Below the pieces are notes generated by a model. It searched no databases and was not told the DNA's origin. It worked only from the letters and a program-made list of their open reading frames with translations. Positions 62,671-64,000 of a DNA stretch of 64,000 nt are shown one piece after another. This stretch comes from Octopus sinensis (Eukaryota). The position numbers and the translations under genes are program-made. The first letter of the stretch is position 1, and every line of letters begins with the position of its first letter. The stretch spans positions 49,538,001 through 49,602,000 of the forward strand of contig NC_043014.1 in the NCBI RefSeq assembly GCF_006345805.1, in the 5' to 3' direction.

Positions 62671-63641
62671 ATAGCTGTTGTGCGCAGTAGTGATTTGTGG
62701 AAATAAGTAGCTTTAAGAAAGAAAGAGAGAAACAAAAGCTGCTTTAACTATGGGAAGGTGACATGATTGGGTGTGATCTAGCAGGTAGGTTTATGATCTA
62801 ATAATAGTTGTAGAGGCTCTAGTGGTCCTGCGACCTGCTAGAAATAGCAGCCAAATATCTTCTTAAATGACACCCTAAAAAAGATAATGGAAGGACACAT
62901 TAAACAAAGTAGTCCAAGATATACAATGCCTGAAAAGATAACAAGGCGGTCATAGCTGAGTAGAAAAAAATATTTTCATGACAAGTAGCTTGCTAACTAA
63001 CCACATGGTTCCAGGTTCAGTCCCACTGCGTGGCATCTTGGGCAAGTGTCTTCTGCTATAGCCCCGGGCCGACCAATACCTTGTGAGTGGATTTGGTAGG
63101 CGGAAACTGAAAGAAGCCCGTCGTATATATGTATATATATATATATGTATGTGCATGTGTGTGTTTGTGTGTCTGTGTTTGTCCCCCTAGCATTGCTTGA
63201 CAACCGATGCTGGTGTGTTTATGTCCCCGTCACTTAGCGGTTCGGCAAAGGAGACCGATAGAATAAGTACTAGGCTTACAAAGAATAAGTCCTGGGGTCG
63301 ATTTGCTCGACTAAAGGCGGTGCTCCAGCATGGCCGCAGTCAAATGACTGAAACAAGTAAAAGAGTAAAAGAGTAAAGAGTTCAACTCAATCAAAGCTGA
63401 CTTTGGGCTAAATAGCAACACTTGTTGCTTAACCTCAGTTCGAACTTATGATCAAGGCTTTCCAATCATAACCACCCACCCTGTTTTTTATTCATGTATC
63501 TTGTGTACCTAGGACCACACCGTTCAATATGCCACTACCATTTTTTCATGACAGCAGTTTATGATTTGAAGGAGACAAGGACACCTAGCTGCTATTTCTG
63601 GCTTAGAAGTAGTGGTTGTGGTGGTGGTGGTGGTGGTGGTG

Positions 63642-63692
<51 letters not shown>

Positions 63693-64000
63693 TGGGTGGG
63701 TGGTACTACTACTGATAGTTGCAGATGGAGGTTGGTTGAGATGAACATTGATTCTTAATGGAAGGAGACAGAAATAATTGAACCCTCCCACTCGTAGCCA
63801 CCTGAGATTTGACCCAAGTTCTACCATACAATCTTCAGTCCCTGTTTCCTTTGTGAGACCCTAGAACAGCAGTTCTCAACCACAGCTCCGAGGGACACAT
63901 GCAGCCCTCGGGCATCTTTCCAGCAGTTATCAAAGTGATCAAAGTCTTCCCTCTAAAAAATAGTTTGTTTTTTCTTTAATTGACTTGGAGATTTTACTTA

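Noticed and set aside
60794-62735. YI/IY/CV-rich ORFs (also 31596-31877 and 57973-58353)
   Set aside because: Microsatellite translations.

Overview
AT-rich, microsatellite-laden animal genomic DNA. The SINE families and genes point to a cephalopod, most likely Octopus (inference). The ORF track is mostly noise, but three spliced genes can be rebuilt by hand with GT-AG junctions and consistent phases. (1) The 5' part of INTS8 on the minus strand: 9 exons, 355 codons, running off the left edge. (2) A complete 7-exon Morgue-like gene on the plus strand (zinc finger, F-box, and an E2-like domain with Gly at the catalytic Cys position; 386 aa), head-to-head with INTS8 across about 1.3 kb. (3) Cereblon (CRBN) on the minus strand: 8 exons identified, true first coding exon unresolved, convergent with Morgue. 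The remainder is SINEs, RTE/CR1 LINE relics, Penelope-like elements (PLEs), mariner/pogo/piggyBac/hAT MITEs and a Helitron. The most unusual structures are a perfect 62-bp palindrome holding two opposed hammerhead-ribozyme motifs in a Morgue intron, several other long intronic hairpins, and repeated tandem amplification inside transposons (43 bp x about 41 in a mariner transposase, 62 bp x 11 in a SINE, about 203 bp x 4 of a MITE end). No CRISPR, rRNA or genuine tRNA gene is supported.
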